Shown here: in pieces, positions 18,443 through 30,354 of the stretch
Layout of the letters: every line of letters starts with the position of its first letter
Position numbering within the stretch: the stretch's first letter is position 1
Assembly (NCBI GenBank): GCA_900321855.1
Contig: ONXS01000002.1
Coordinates: 5,177-69,176, forward strand
DNA from: an uncultured Eubacteriales bacterium
Lineage (GTDB): Bacteria; Bacillota; Clostridia; Lachnospirales; Lachnospiraceae
Length of the DNA stretch: 64,000 nt
Direction: 5' to 3'
The notes under the pieces: generated by a model
The model's database searches: none
What the model saw: the letters and a program-made list of their open reading frames with translations, nothing else
Told to the model about the DNA's origin: nothing
Position numbers and translations under genes: made by a program

Positions 18443-19177
18443 ATGAAGAAAAAATTGGAATTTTGCATGGGATTATTATTAATTTTGGCAGTGACTATGA
18501 TGAATGTATTTTATAATGCGGGAATCTATGGTATTTCAGTGAAGGCAAGAGAAAAGAAAGAGGAGATAAAGGAACCAAAAACGAATGGCAAAACAGTAGT
18601 CATCGATGCGGGGCATGGCGGGTTTGATCCGGGATATGACCAGAGTAAGATGGGAATTGGAAATGTATTGGAGAAAGATATTAATCTTGCAATTTCTGTA
18701 AAATTAAAAGAGTGTCTGGAACAAAATGGATTTCGAGTGATTATGACGAGAGAGACGGACACGGATTTGGGAACTGGAGAGGGTAGAAACAGAAAAATTT
18801 CAGATATGCAGAATCGCGTAAAAAGTATTAATGAAGCACATGCAGACCTCTGTATTTGTGTTCATCAGAATAGTTATCCAACATCTGAGGTGAGAGGAGC
18901 ACAGGTTTTTTATCATTCGAACTCAGAGGCGGGAAAAATTTTGGCGGGAATTTTGCAGGAAGAGATAAGAAATAGCCTCGATTCGAATAATAAGAGAAAA
19001 GAAAAAGAGGATAAAGGATATTACATATTAAGAAAAACAAATTGCCCTACAGTTATTGTAGAATGTGGATTTTTATCAAATTGGGAAGAGGCAAATCAGT
19101 TAAAAGATGAGTATTATCAGGAACGCATTGCACAGACCATTACAGAGGGCATTAAGAAATATATGACAATGCAGTAA
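18443..19177 (+). CDS. N-acetylmuramoyl-L-alanine amidase (Amidase_3, CwlD-like)
   Basis: VIDAGHGGFDPG, LEKDINL, CVHQNSY, RGAQVFY, IVECGFLSN; sigma-E-like CATATGAT upstream. Confidence 0.88.
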   Translation: MKKKLEFCMGLLLILAVTMMNVFYNAGIYGISVKAREKKEEIKEPKTNGKTVVIDAGHGGFDPGYDQSKMGIGNVLEKDINLAISVKLKECLEQNGFRVIMTRETDTDLGTGEGRNRKISDMQNRVKSINEAHADLCICVHQNSYPTSEVRGAQVFYHSNSEAGKILAGILQEEIRNSLDSNNKRKEKEDKGYYILRKTNCPTVIVECGFLSNWEEANQLKDEYYQERIAQTITEGIKKYMTMQ

Positions 19178-19279
19178 TAATAATTTAATATTCATTTTAT
19201 ATTTATTTTTTATAATTAGTGATATAATCGAGATTATAATAGCATAGTACAATGAGTGACAGACCGTGAGGAAAGTAAG

Positions 19280-20332
19280 ATGGAAACAATATACAGAAAA
19301 ATAGATACAGAAAATATAGATATGTCAGCAATTGAGGAGGCAACCTCAATTTTAAGAGAGGGAAATATGGTTGCATTTCCTACAGAGACTGTCTATGGAC
19401 TGGGGGCAGATGCTTTAAATGCAGATGCGTCTAAAAAAATATATGCGGCAAAAGGAAGACCTTCGGATAATCCGTTGATTATTCATGTGAGTAATATTTC
19501 ACAGGTTGAGAGAGTGGTAAAAGAAGTACCTAAGACAGCAAGAAAACTTATGGATACATTTTGGCCGGGGCCACTTACCATTGTATTTAAAAAGGCAGAT
19601 ATTGTCCCACATGGAACAACAGGAGGATTAGACACAGTGGCTGTGCGCATGCCAAATCATAAGGTTGCGTTGACTCTGATTGAGCACTCAGATATTGTAA
19701 TTGCTGCACCGAGCGCAAATACATCTGGAAGACCAAGTCCGACAACAGCAAAACATGTCATGGATGATTTGAATGGCAAGATTTCTATGGTGTTAGATGG
19801 GGGACCGGTTGGGATTGGAATTGAATCCACCATTGTAGATGTTACATCCGGTGTACCAACGATTTTAAGACCAGGTTATATTAATAAAAAAATGTTGGAA
19901 GAAGTTGTAGGGCATGTTGAAATTGACAAGGCGATTCTCGGAAAACCAGACAAAAATTTAAAACCAAAGGCACCGGGAATGAAGTACAAACATTATGCAC
20001 CAAAAGCCGACTTCACCATTTATGAAGGCAGCAGAGATTGTGTGGCAGAGAAAATAAATCAGGTGGCAAAAGAATATATAGAGCAGGGGTATAAAGTAGG
20101 TATTATTGCCAGTGATGAGACTGTAGATTTATATACAGTGGGAGAAATCGTTTCAATAGGAAGTAGGGAAGATGAGATTACGATTTCCAAAAATCTGTAC
20201 GGAGTGCTGAGAGATTTTGACGACAAACAGGTCGATTATATTCTGGGAGAAAGTTTTGAGAGTGGAGAACTGGGACAGGCGATTATGAACCGATTGTTAA
20301 AGGCTGCCGGTTATCAGGTTGTTCAGATATAA
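19280..20332 (+). CDS. sua5: L-threonylcarbamoyladenylate synthase (Sua5/YwlC)
   Basis: VAFPTETVYGLGA, KGRPSDNPLI, APSANTSGRPSPT, APGMKYKHYAP. Confidence 0.95.
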   Translation: METIYRKIDTENIDMSAIEEATSILREGNMVAFPTETVYGLGADALNADASKKIYAAKGRPSDNPLIIHVSNISQVERVVKEVPKTARKLMDTFWPGPLTIVFKKADIVPHGTTGGLDTVAVRMPNHKVALTLIEHSDIVIAAPSANTSGRPSPTTAKHVMDDLNGKISMVLDGGPVGIGIESTIVDVTSGVPTILRPGYINKKMLEEVVGHVEIDKAILGKPDKNLKPKAPGMKYKHYAPKADFTIYEGSRDCVAEKINQVAKEYIEQGYKVGIIASDETVDLYTVGEIVSIGSREDEITISKNLYGVLRDFDDKQVDYILGESFESGELGQAIMNRLLKAAGYQVVQI

Positions 20333-20376
20333 AAAGGTGGTATTGACTACTATATATGAGGAATTGAGGCGTTTTT

Positions 20377-20835
20377 ATGGATAGATATGGAAAACTTATT
20401 TTTGTCAGTACAGGGGGAACTTGCAGAAGTGTGCTTGCGAAAGCAATTTACAGGAAACTGGATACAGAGAATAAATTAGAAGTAGAATCCAGAGGATTTG
20501 TGGTATTATTTAATGAACCGGTTAATCCAAAGGCAGTGGCTATTGCAAAGAGCAAAGGTATTGATTTGAGTGAGGAGCAGTCAGAGGCATTGGAGGCAGA
20601 AGACTTCGGGGACGATACGATTATTCTGGTTATGACAGATTTGCTCAAAAAACAGGTATATGATAAATTTTCAAATGCGTTGAATGTATATTCGATTCGG
20701 GAATTTACAAAAGAGGCGATTGATGTGGAGAGTCCATTTGGCGGAGAACTTGTAGATTATGGTCTTGGATATGAATATTTGGAAAAACTGGTGAAAAAAG
20801 TTGATTTGATTTTAAAAGGAAGAGAAATAGAATAA
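20377..20835 (+). CDS. Low-molecular-weight phosphatase (YwlE-like) with degenerate active site
   Basis: IFVSTGGTCRS instead of FVCTGNTCRS; ILVMT; VESPFGG instead of DPYGG; synteny sua5-ywlE-rpiB. Confidence 0.8.
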   Translation: MDRYGKLIFVSTGGTCRSVLAKAIYRKLDTENKLEVESRGFVVLFNEPVNPKAVAIAKSKGIDLSEEQSEALEAEDFGDDTIILVMTDLLKKQVYDKFSNALNVYSIREFTKEAIDVESPFGGELVDYGLGYEYLEKLVKKVDLILKGREIE

Positions 20836-20844
20836 ATACAGGAC

Positions 20845-20906
20845 AGGGAAGTCGATACTTTTACATGTGGAGAAAATTAGAACGTGTAGAAGAGGACTTC
20901 CTTTTT
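20845..20906 (+). terminator. Long terminator-like hairpin
   Basis: GGGAAGTC..CTTTTACATGT / ACGTGTAGAAG..GACTTCCT followed by T-run. Confidence 0.6.
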
Positions 20907-21021
20907 CTATGTGTATTTTATACAGTTCTGCTTTATTTTTAAGATGTGCAATGATATAATAGCAAACGAGTATAACTAAAAATAGTTACAATACTTTTAT
21001 CAAAAGAATGGAGGAACTATA

Positions 21022-21450
21022 ATGATAGCAATAGGATGCGATCACGGTGGATTTGAATTAAAACAGGAGATTATGAAACACTTACAGGATAGAAATTTAG
21101 AATACAAAGATTTTGGCTGCTACAGTACAGATTCTGTTGATTATCCAGAGTATGGAAAAGCGGTTGCCAATGCAGTTGCTGCAGGGGAGTGTGAGAGAGG
21201 AATTCTTATCTGTGGAACAGGTATTGGAATTTCTATTACAGCAAACAAGGTAAAAGGTATCCGAGCAGCACTCTGTACAGATTGTTTTATGGCAGAGGCG
21301 ACAAGACTTCACAATGATGCAAATATTCTTGCACTTGGCGGACGAGTTGTTGGTGCTGGTCTTGCACTCAAGATTGTAGATACATTTCTTGATACAGAGT
21401 TCTCAAACGATGAGAGACATATCAGAAGAATTGCACAGATTGAGGACTAA
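21022..21450 (+). CDS. rpiB: Ribose-5-phosphate isomerase B
   Basis: GCDHGG, SVDYP, LICGTGIG, ANKVKGIRAA, RLHNDANIL. Confidence 0.96.
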   Translation: MIAIGCDHGGFELKQEIMKHLQDRNLEYKDFGCYSTDSVDYPEYGKAVANAVAAGECERGILICGTGIGISITANKVKGIRAALCTDCFMAEATRLHNDANILALGGRVVGAGLALKIVDTFLDTEFSNDERHIRRIAQIED

Positions 21451-21589
21451 TGCTTGTATAAGAAAGATTTTAACGGTTCAGAACAAGTGTGGTGTGAAAC
21501 GTATTGCGAATGTCCGCTTTACTGGCAGTGAATGATTGATAAAAATACAGGCGGATATAAACTTTAGTTACAAATATCTGGAGGTGCTT

Positions 21590-22075
21590 ATGAGTGATAA
21601 GAGACAGGATTATATCACATGGGATGAGTATTTTATGGGAATTGCGCATTTATCAGCGATGAGGTCAAAAGACCCGAATACTCAGGTTGGTGCGTGTATT
21701 GTCAGTGATAAAAACAAAATATTATCTATGGGATACAATGGATTTCCGAATGGATGCTCGGATGACGATTATCCGTGGGGGAAGACGGACAATGAACTGG
21801 AGAGCAAATATTTGTACTCCACGCACAGTGAGCTCAATGCGATTTTAAATTACAGGGGCGGCAGTCTGGAGGGCTCAAAACTCTATGTGACATTATTTCC
21901 GTGCAATGAGTGTGCAAAAGCGATTATTCAGTGTGGAATTAAGGAAGTAGTGTACGATTGCGATAAATATGCTGAGACACCTTCTGTCATTGCATCTAAG
22001 AAAATGCTCGCATCGGCAGGAATTAAAATTACAAGATATGAGCAGACTGGAAGAAAAGTAGAGATTAATCTATGA
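21590..22075 (+). CDS. dCMP deaminase
   Basis: RSKDPNTQVGACIV, GYNG, HSELNAI, PCNEC zinc ligands; start at ATG after GGAGG. Confidence 0.93.
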   Translation: MSDKRQDYITWDEYFMGIAHLSAMRSKDPNTQVGACIVSDKNKILSMGYNGFPNGCSDDDYPWGKTDNELESKYLYSTHSELNAILNYRGGSLEGSKLYVTLFPCNECAKAIIQCGIKEVVYDCDKYAETPSVIASKKMLASAGIKITRYEQTGRKVEINL

Positions 22076-22374
22076 AAAAAGGATTTGGAAAACAGGTATA
22101 TATGAACCTTGCGCTGATTTCACAGTTTGCACTGAGTATGATGGTGCCGACATTTCTGATGTTGGGAATAGGATTGTTGATTGAAAAAAAGACAGGTTGG
22201 TTTGTGGCGATTCCGGCACTGGTGCTCGGAATGTTAGCTGGCTTTCGCAATATGTATATACTTGGGATGAAAGCCAATCGCAAGTCAGAGCATCAGGACC
22301 GAATGAAAGAGGAGCAAAAGATTTTAGATGAAGCAGCGAAAAAGTGGGATGCAGATAAACGGGATAAAAATTAG
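22072..22374 (+). CDS. AtpZ/AtpI-family membrane protein
   Basis: LALISQFALSMMVP...LGMLAGFRNMY two-TM pattern before the atp operon. Confidence 0.8.
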   Translation: MKKGFGKQVYMNLALISQFALSMMVPTFLMLGIGLLIEKKTGWFVAIPALVLGMLAGFRNMYILGMKANRKSEHQDRMKEEQKILDEAAKKWDADKRDKN

Positions 22375-22780
22375 TGACACAGGTGTACGGCTACTACTTG
22401 GAGATATTATGTTTTATGTCGTAGGTCAGATTTTTGTTCTGATTTTTGCCAGAAGAAAAATTTATGTATCCATTGGATTTGTCATAGGAGTTCTGCTGTC
22501 TGTCTATATGACAGTCAACATGATAATATCATCTATAAAAGTTGTACATTATGATGAGCACAGTGCAGTGAAACGGATGAGAATCATGGCAGTTACAAGG
22601 GATTTGGTTGTATTTGCAGGACTGGTTTTTGTGGGAATCACAGATGTTGGAGATATTCTGGCAGCAGTGGCAGGTATATTTGCACTGAAAATATCTGCTT
22701 ATGCGAATGTTTTAATAGAAAAGATATTTTTTGACACAGATAATCAGGAAAATACTTCTGGGATAGATGCGGATTGCTAA
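22328..22780 (+). CDS. ATP synthase protein I-like membrane protein
   Basis: Four hydrophobic segments, GIFALKISAY end motif, position before atpB; start uncertain. Confidence 0.65.
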   Translation: MKQRKSGMQINGIKISDTGVRLLLGDIMFYVVGQIFVLIFARRKIYVSIGFVIGVLLSVYMTVNMIISSIKVVHYDEHSAVKRMRIMAVTRDLVVFAGLVFVGITDVGDILAAVAGIFALKISAYANVLIEKIFFDTDNQENTSGIDADC

Positions 22781-22806
22781 TGGACGCTTTACAATGACAG
22801 TATTTC

Positions 22807-22835
22807 TTGACTATTTGCCAAAAATATTGTATAAA
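22807..22835 (+). promoter_or_regulatory. sigma-A promoter for atpB-C
   Basis: TTGACT-N17-TATAAA. Confidence 0.7.
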
Positions 22836-22845
22836 TAATAAATAA

Positions 22846-22864
22846 ATTGACCAATGGTCATTTT
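22846..22864. promoter_or_regulatory. Third copy of the TGACC-N3-GGTCA operator, just downstream of the atpB promoter
   Basis: ATTGACCAATGGTCATTTT, 18/19 identical to each of O1 and O2 at 2224-2284. Confidence 0.7.
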
Positions 22865-22897
22865 ATATAAAAAAGAAAGGAAAAGGATGGTGAAATT

Positions 22898-23665
22898 GTG
22901 GGAAACGGGCTGGTAAACAGTTTGCTCAGTAATACGAGCTATACGTTGTTAGAGGCATCAGCAGACGCACAGGAGAGCAGTGGCGGATTTATGATACAGT
23001 TGTTAAAACCGGTGAAAATTGGCAGCACGACTGTATATATTACAACGACACATGTGTGTCTGATGATTGTGGCACTGGTTCTGATGATATTTGCCCTTGT
23101 GGTCAATTACAAGGTAAAACACGCAGACCCTTATGAGACACCAAAGGGACTGCTCAATATCGTGGAACTTATGGTAGAAGCAATTGACAACATGGTAGCC
23201 GGTATTATGGGAACAAATGCAAAGAAGTTTGTAAATTACATTGGTGTGTTATTTATGTTTGTTCTTCTCAGCAATATTTCCGGATTGTTTGGACTTAGAC
23301 CACCAACAGCAGATTACGGAATTACATTGCCATTGGGACTGATAACATTTGTACTCATCCATTACAACGGCATTAAGGTAAATAAGACAAAGCATTTTAC
23401 CGACTTATTTCAGCCAATTTGGTTTTTATTTCCAATTAACCTGATTGGTGAATTTGCAGTACCGTTATCTCTATCTCTTCGTCTTTTTGGTAACGTCATG
23501 TCAGGTACCGTACTGATGGGACTGATTTATGAGTTAGTCAGACCGTTTGCAGTTGGCTGGCCGGCATTATTGCACATATATTTCGATATATTCTCGGGAT
23601 GTATTCAGGCATATGTAATCTGTATGCTTACCATGGTCTATATTAACGATAAGATAGGAGAATGA
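22898..23665 (+). CDS. atpB: ATP synthase Fo subunit a
   Basis: RPPTAD, PLSLSLRLFGN, IQAYVICML. Confidence 0.96.
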   Translation: MGNGLVNSLLSNTSYTLLEASADAQESSGGFMIQLLKPVKIGSTTVYITTTHVCLMIVALVLMIFALVVNYKVKHADPYETPKGLLNIVELMVEAIDNMVAGIMGTNAKKFVNYIGVLFMFVLLSNISGLFGLRPPTADYGITLPLGLITFVLIHYNGIKVNKTKHFTDLFQPIWFLFPINLIGEFAVPLSLSLRLFGNVMSGTVLMGLIYELVRPFAVGWPALLHIYFDIFSGCIQAYVICMLTMVYINDKIGE

Positions 23666-23669
23666 TGAC

Positions 23670-24175
<506 letters not shown>

Positions 24176-24222
24176 GGTACGCCAAAACAACTATAAAAGA
24201 AGTGTAGAAAGGAGGCGTAACC

Positions 24223-24744
24223 TTGTTTGGTGAAAGACTATTTGGATTAGATGCTCAGACGTTATTTGATGCAGGTGTATTACTTGTCACAATGTTTGTA
24301 TTATTTTTGTTTTTATCTTATTTTTTATTCAATCCTGTGAGGGATATGTTAAATAAGAGAAAAGAGAGAATTAAAGGCGAACTTGAGCAGGCGAGCAAAG
24401 ATAAAGAAGATGCAGCAAAGTTAAAAGAAGAATATGAGGCAAAACTGAAAAATGTTGACAAAGAGTCTCAGGAAATTTTAAGCAGCGCCAGAGCGAAGGC
24501 ACTCAAAAACCAAGACAAGATTATTGATGATGCCAAAACTGAGGCAGGCAGAATTATCGATCATGCAAAACATGAGGGCGAACTTGAGAAACTCAAGGTT
24601 GCTGATGATGTGAAGAAAGAGATTGTAAGTGTTGCAACAGCAATGGCAGGAAAAGTGGCAGCAGCATCGATTGATGAGGCAAAACAGCAGGAATTAATTG
24701 ATGAAACTTTGAAAGAAATGGGTGAGGATACATGGCTAAGCTAG
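24223..24744 (+). CDS. atpF: ATP synthase Fo subunit b
   Basis: N-terminal TM, FNPVRDMLNKRKERI, long charged helix. Confidence 0.95.
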   Translation: MFGERLFGLDAQTLFDAGVLLVTMFVLFLFLSYFLFNPVRDMLNKRKERIKGELEQASKDKEDAAKLKEEYEAKLKNVDKESQEILSSARAKALKNQDKIIDDAKTEAGRIIDHAKHEGELEKLKVADDVKKEIVSVATAMAGKVAAASIDEAKQQELIDETLKEMGEDTWLS

Positions 24745-25262
24745 TCTATCAGACATATGGTGATGCTTTGTTCCAGCTTGCAGTGGAGGAAAATAAGGTT
24801 GATGAATTATTTTCCGAGACAAAAGCAATGAAAGAGATTTTTGAGGAAAATGAAGAACTTTTAAAATTACTCACAAATCCCAAAATTGACAAACAGGAAA
24901 AACTCAATATTGTTGAAAATATTTTTTCTGGCAGGGCATCAAAAGATCTGGTTGGTTTTTTGAAAGTAATCATTACAAAAGACAGACAGAGATATGTAAT
25001 CGGAATTTTTGATTATTTTATCGCTGCAGCAAAAGAATATAAGAAAATTGGAGTTGTCTATGTGACAACTGCTATTCCACTTGATGATATAGGTAGAGAA
25101 AAAGTGGTAAAGAAATTGCTTGAAACAACGAAGTATGAAGAATTAGAAATGAATTATTCCGTTGATGCAGAAATTATCGGAGGCATGATTATTCGAATCG
25201 GAGACAGAGTTGTAGACAGCACAATTCGGACAAAAATAACAAAATTGTCCAAACAATTATAA
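24732..25262 (+). CDS. atpH: ATP synthase F1 subunit delta
   Basis: YGDALFQLA, IIGGMIIRIGDRVVDST. Confidence 0.95.
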   Translation: MAKLVYQTYGDALFQLAVEENKVDELFSETKAMKEIFEENEELLKLLTNPKIDKQEKLNIVENIFSGRASKDLVGFLKVIITKDRQRYVIGIFDYFIAAAKEYKKIGVVYVTTAIPLDDIGREKVVKKLLETTKYEELEMNYSVDAEIIGGMIIRIGDRVVDSTIRTKITKLSKQL

Positions 25263-25298
25263 ACGCGCGTTGGCGTGAGAAAGAAGGTGGACATTCCT

Positions 25299-26801
25299 AT
25301 GAATTTAAAACCGGAAGAAATCAGTTCTGTGATTAAAGAGCAGATACAGAAATATTCTGCCGAGTTAGATGTTTCAAATATAGGTACAGTTATTCAGGTA
25401 GCGGATGGTATCGCACGTATTCATGGTCTGGAACAGGCAATGCAGGGCGAACTGTTGGAATTTCCTGGTGAAGTATACGGAATGGTCCTTAACTTAGAGG
25501 AGGACAATGTTGGTGCCGTATTGCTCGGCAGCCAGAAAAACATTAATGAAGGCGATACAGTAAAGTCAACAGGAAGAGTTGTTGAGGTTCCTGTTGGAGA
25601 CGAGATGCTCGGAAGAGTTGTAAATGCCTTAGGTCAGCCTATAGATGGAAAAGGACCTATCAATACAGATAAGAGAAGACAGATTGAGAGGGTGGCATCG
25701 GGTGTTATTTCGAGAAAATCCGTTGATACACCACTTCAGACTGGTATCAAAGCAATTGATGCGATGGTTCCAATTGGAAGAGGACAGAGAGAGCTGATTA
25801 TCGGAGATCGTCAGACAGGTAAAACAGCAATTGCAATCGATACAATCATCAACCAAAAAGGTCAGGGTGTAAAATGTATCTATGTTGCAATCGGTCAGAA
25901 AGCATCTACTGTAGCAAACATTGTAAAAACATTAGAAGAATACGGTGCAATGGCATATACAACCGTTGTTGTATCGACAGCCAGTGATTTAGCACCATTG
26001 CAGTATATCGCACCGTATTCCGGCTGTGCGATTGGTGAAGAGTGGATGGAGAACGGGGAGGACGTATTAATCGTATATGATGACTTGTCAAAGCATGCGA
26101 CTGCATATCGTACACTTTCCTTACTTCTCAAAAGACCACCGGGACGTGAGGCTTACCCTGGTGATGTATTCTATCTTCATTCAAGATTGCTTGAGAGAGC
26201 AGCGAGATTATCGGATGAACTGGGTGGAGGTTCCCTCACAGCACTTCCAATCATTGAGACTCAGGCGGGAGATGTATCTGCATACATTCCAACAAATGTA
26301 ATTTCAATTACAGATGGACAGATTTACTTAGAGACAGAGATGTTCAACTCAGGATTTAGACCAGCCGTAAACGCAGGTCTTTCCGTATCACGAGTTGGTG
26401 GTGCCGCTCAGATTAAGGCAATCAAGAAACTTGCTGCTCCTATCCGTGTAGAGCTTGCACAGTACAGAGAGCTTGCAGCATTTTCACAGTTCGGTTCCGA
26501 GCTTGATGCGGATACGAAAGAGAAACTTTCACAAGGTGAGAGAATCAAGGAAATGTTAAAACAGGATCAGTACAAGACAATGCCTGTTGAGTATCAGGTA
26601 ATCATCATTTATGCGGCAACAAAGAAATATCTCTTGGACGTAGAGGTTGCAGATATTCTGACATTTGAGGCAGAATTATTTGAATTTATTGATACGAAAT
26701 ATCCTGAAATTCCTCAGAGCATCAAAGAGACAAAAGAACTCACAGAGGATACAGAAACATTATTAAAGCAGGCAATTGAAGAATATAAGAGTGCCAGATA
26801 A
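25299..26801 (+). CDS. atpA: ATP synthase F1 subunit alpha
   Basis: [31 protein letters not shown]. Confidence 0.98.
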   Translation: MNLKPEEISSVIKEQIQKYSAELDVSNIGTVIQVADGIARIHGLEQAMQGELLEFPGEVYGMVLNLEEDNVGAVLLGSQKNINEGDTVKSTGRVVEVPVGDEMLGRVVNALGQPIDGKGPINTDKRRQIERVASGVISRKSVDTPLQTGIKAIDAMVPIGRGQRELIIGDRQTGKTAIAIDTIINQKGQGVKCIYVAIGQKASTVANIVKTLEEYGAMAYTTVVVSTASDLAPLQYIAPYSGCAIGEEWMENGEDVLIVYDDLSKHATAYRTLSLLLKRPPGREAYPGDVFYLHSRLLERAARLSDELGGGSLTALPIIETQAGDVSAYIPTNVISITDGQIYLETEMFNSGFRPAVNAGLSVSRVGGAAQIKAIKKLAAPIRVELAQYRELAAFSQFGSELDADTKEKLSQGERIKEMLKQDQYKTMPVEYQVIIIYAATKKYLLDVEVADILTFEAELFEFIDTKYPEIPQSIKETKELTEDTETLLKQAIEEYKSAR

Positions 26802-26816
26802 GCGGGGTGATATGAT

Positions 26817-27674
26817 ATGCCATCTATGAGAGATATACAGAGACGTAAAGTCAGTGTAGAGAGCACAGAACAGATCACGAAAGCTATGAAGTTAGTTGCC
26901 ACTGTAAAATTGCAGAAAGCAAAGCAGCGCGCAGAAGAGGCAAAACCTTACTTTGATAAAATGTATGAGACTGTTTCATCCATTCTTGCGAGAACTGGAG
27001 ATGTGGAACATAAATATCTAAAACCGAGCGAGAGTAAGAAAAAGGCAGTGATTGTCATTACCGGTAACAGAGGACTTGCCGGAGGATATAACAACAATAT
27101 CACTAATCTTCTGACAAAAAGCGAAGACTTTAAATCAGAGGACGTGATTGTCTATAATCTCGGTAAAAAGGGAAAAGAGACGTTGTCGAGATTTGGTTAT
27201 GACATCAGAGAAGATTACTCTGAGGTTATCAATAACCCAATGTATCGAGATGCAATGGAAATCAGCGACAGAGTGCTGGAAGATTTTGAAAATGGGGAAT
27301 TTGGAGAACTCTATATCGCATATACGGTATTTAAAAACACAGTTTCCCACATTCCAACGATGTTAAAAATTCTTCCGGTATCAAAGGAAGACAGTTTATC
27401 AGAAGAGGACAGGCTTGCATTGATGAATTATGAGCCTGATGAGGATGATGCCTTATCATTAATTGTTCCAAAATATGTGACGAGCATCATATATGGAGGA
27501 ATTCTTGAGTCGGTTGCCAGTGAAAATGGAGCCAGAATGTCAGCAATGGATTCGGCTACAAGCAATGCAGACGAGATGATTAAAGATCTGGGATTACTTT
27601 ATAACAGAGCAAGACAGAGTTCTATCACACAGGAACTTACAGAAATTATTGCTGGTGCCGAGGCAATCAGCTAA
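26817..27674 (+). CDS. atpG: ATP synthase F1 subunit gamma
   Basis: QITKAMKLVA, RGLAGGYN, YNRARQSSITQELTEI. Confidence 0.98.
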   Translation: MPSMRDIQRRKVSVESTEQITKAMKLVATVKLQKAKQRAEEAKPYFDKMYETVSSILARTGDVEHKYLKPSESKKKAVIVITGNRGLAGGYNNNITNLLTKSEDFKSEDVIVYNLGKKGKETLSRFGYDIREDYSEVINNPMYRDAMEISDRVLEDFENGEFGELYIAYTVFKNTVSHIPTMLKILPVSKEDSLSEEDRLALMNYEPDEDDALSLIVPKYVTSIIYGGILESVASENGARMSAMDSATSNADEMIKDLGLLYNRARQSSITQELTEIIAGAEAIS

Positions 27675-27770
27675 AAATTAAAATAAAGTTTGGATTCACA
27701 GAATTTTATATGGAAGTAGAATTTTAGCAGATTAGGAATAAAATACTGTGAATCAGTATGATAAAAATAG

Positions 27771-29198
<1,428 letters not shown>

Positions 29199-29221
29199 TG
29201 CCGTGAGGGAATGGAGGCAGC

Positions 29222-29623
29222 ATGATCGAAGTTGAAATTATTACTCCAGACAGAGTATTTTATACAGGAAAAGTGTCATTTATTGAGATGACAACAACAG
29301 AGGGTGAGATTGGAGTGTTTGAAAAACACGTTCCAACCACCTGTATTCTGGCTCCCGGTATTGTCAGACTTTACGAGGACGAAAATCATCAGGATGAGCC
29401 AAAAAAAGCAGTTGTGCATGCCGGATTTGTAGAAATTCTTCCAGACAGAGTTCGACTTATGGCAGAGATTGCCGAGTGGCCGGACGAAATCGACAAGAAC
29501 AGAGCAGAAGAGGCGAGAATTCGTGCGGAGAGACGTATTGAGGAGAACGAGGAAGGAATCGATATGGATCGAGCAGAACTTGCACTCAAGCGAGCAGTGG
29601 CGAGATTGGCTGCGACAAAATAA
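29222..29623 (+). CDS. atpC: ATP synthase F1 subunit epsilon
   Basis: EIITPDR, EGEIGVFEKHVP, ALKRAVARL. Confidence 0.96.
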   Translation: MIEVEIITPDRVFYTGKVSFIEMTTTEGEIGVFEKHVPTTCILAPGIVRLYEDENHQDEPKKAVVHAGFVEILPDRVRLMAEIAEWPDEIDKNRAEEARIRAERRIEENEEGIDMDRAELALKRAVARLAATK

Positions 29624-29816
29624 ATATATATAGAAACGATAAAGGTTTTATCGAAATGGCGCTCAGGGGTCATATGTTTGTCAGGTGGACTGTAAAAAGT
29701 CCGCTCCGCAAATATATGACCCCTGAACTGTGTATGGAAGATGCTGCGATGATATTTGATGGACAGCGTTTCAATTGACAGAATAGGCTGGTATACAAAA
29801 AAATAATTTTACCCAC

Positions 29817-29857
29817 TTGACAATACCACAAACATAGTGTACTATATAGCTAGTACA
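29817..29857 (+). promoter_or_regulatory. sigma-A promoter with overlapping YtrA-type operator
   Basis: TTGACA-N17-TACTAT; palindrome TGTACTA-N6-TAGTACA at 29838-29857. Confidence 0.8.
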
Positions 29858-29919
29858 GAGGTACACCGATAAACGGGAGCCTATTTTATATTAGAAGACA
29901 GATATGGAAGGAGGCGCTT

Positions 29920-30285
29920 ATGGAATTTAAATCCAGTATCCCTATTTACCAACAGGTAATTGAAGAAATCAAGAAAGAGATGGTTTCTGGTCGTTTGAAA
30001 CCAGGGGATAAACTTCCGTCATCCAGAGAACTGGCTATAAAATATGCCATCAATCCGAACACTGCGGCAAGAGTTTACAGTGAGATGGAGAGTATGGGAT
30101 TATCGTATACGAAACGAGGAATTGGAACATTTGTAGTGGAGAATACGGAAGTAATCAGAGATTTGAAAGAGGAGATAATTGAGAGGCAGTTTAAAGAGCT
30201 GGATGAGCAGTTGTCAATGTTAGGTTATCGACCAGAAGAGATTGTGGATATGCTCAGAAATTATTATGAGATGAATGGAAAATAG
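29920..30285 (+). CDS. GntR-family regulator, YtrA subfamily
   Basis: PIYQQV...LKPGDKLPSSRELA..INPNTAARVY..RGIGTFV; short C-terminus. Confidence 0.92.
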   Translation: MEFKSSIPIYQQVIEEIKKEMVSGRLKPGDKLPSSRELAIKYAINPNTAARVYSEMESMGLSYTKRGIGTFVVENTEVIRDLKEEIIERQFKELDEQLSMLGYRPEEIVDMLRNYYEMNGK

Positions 30286-30354
30286 CACAAGGAAATCATT
30301 TTTGACAAGAATGATTACAAGATGTAATCAGGGACAATATGAAGGAGGATTATT

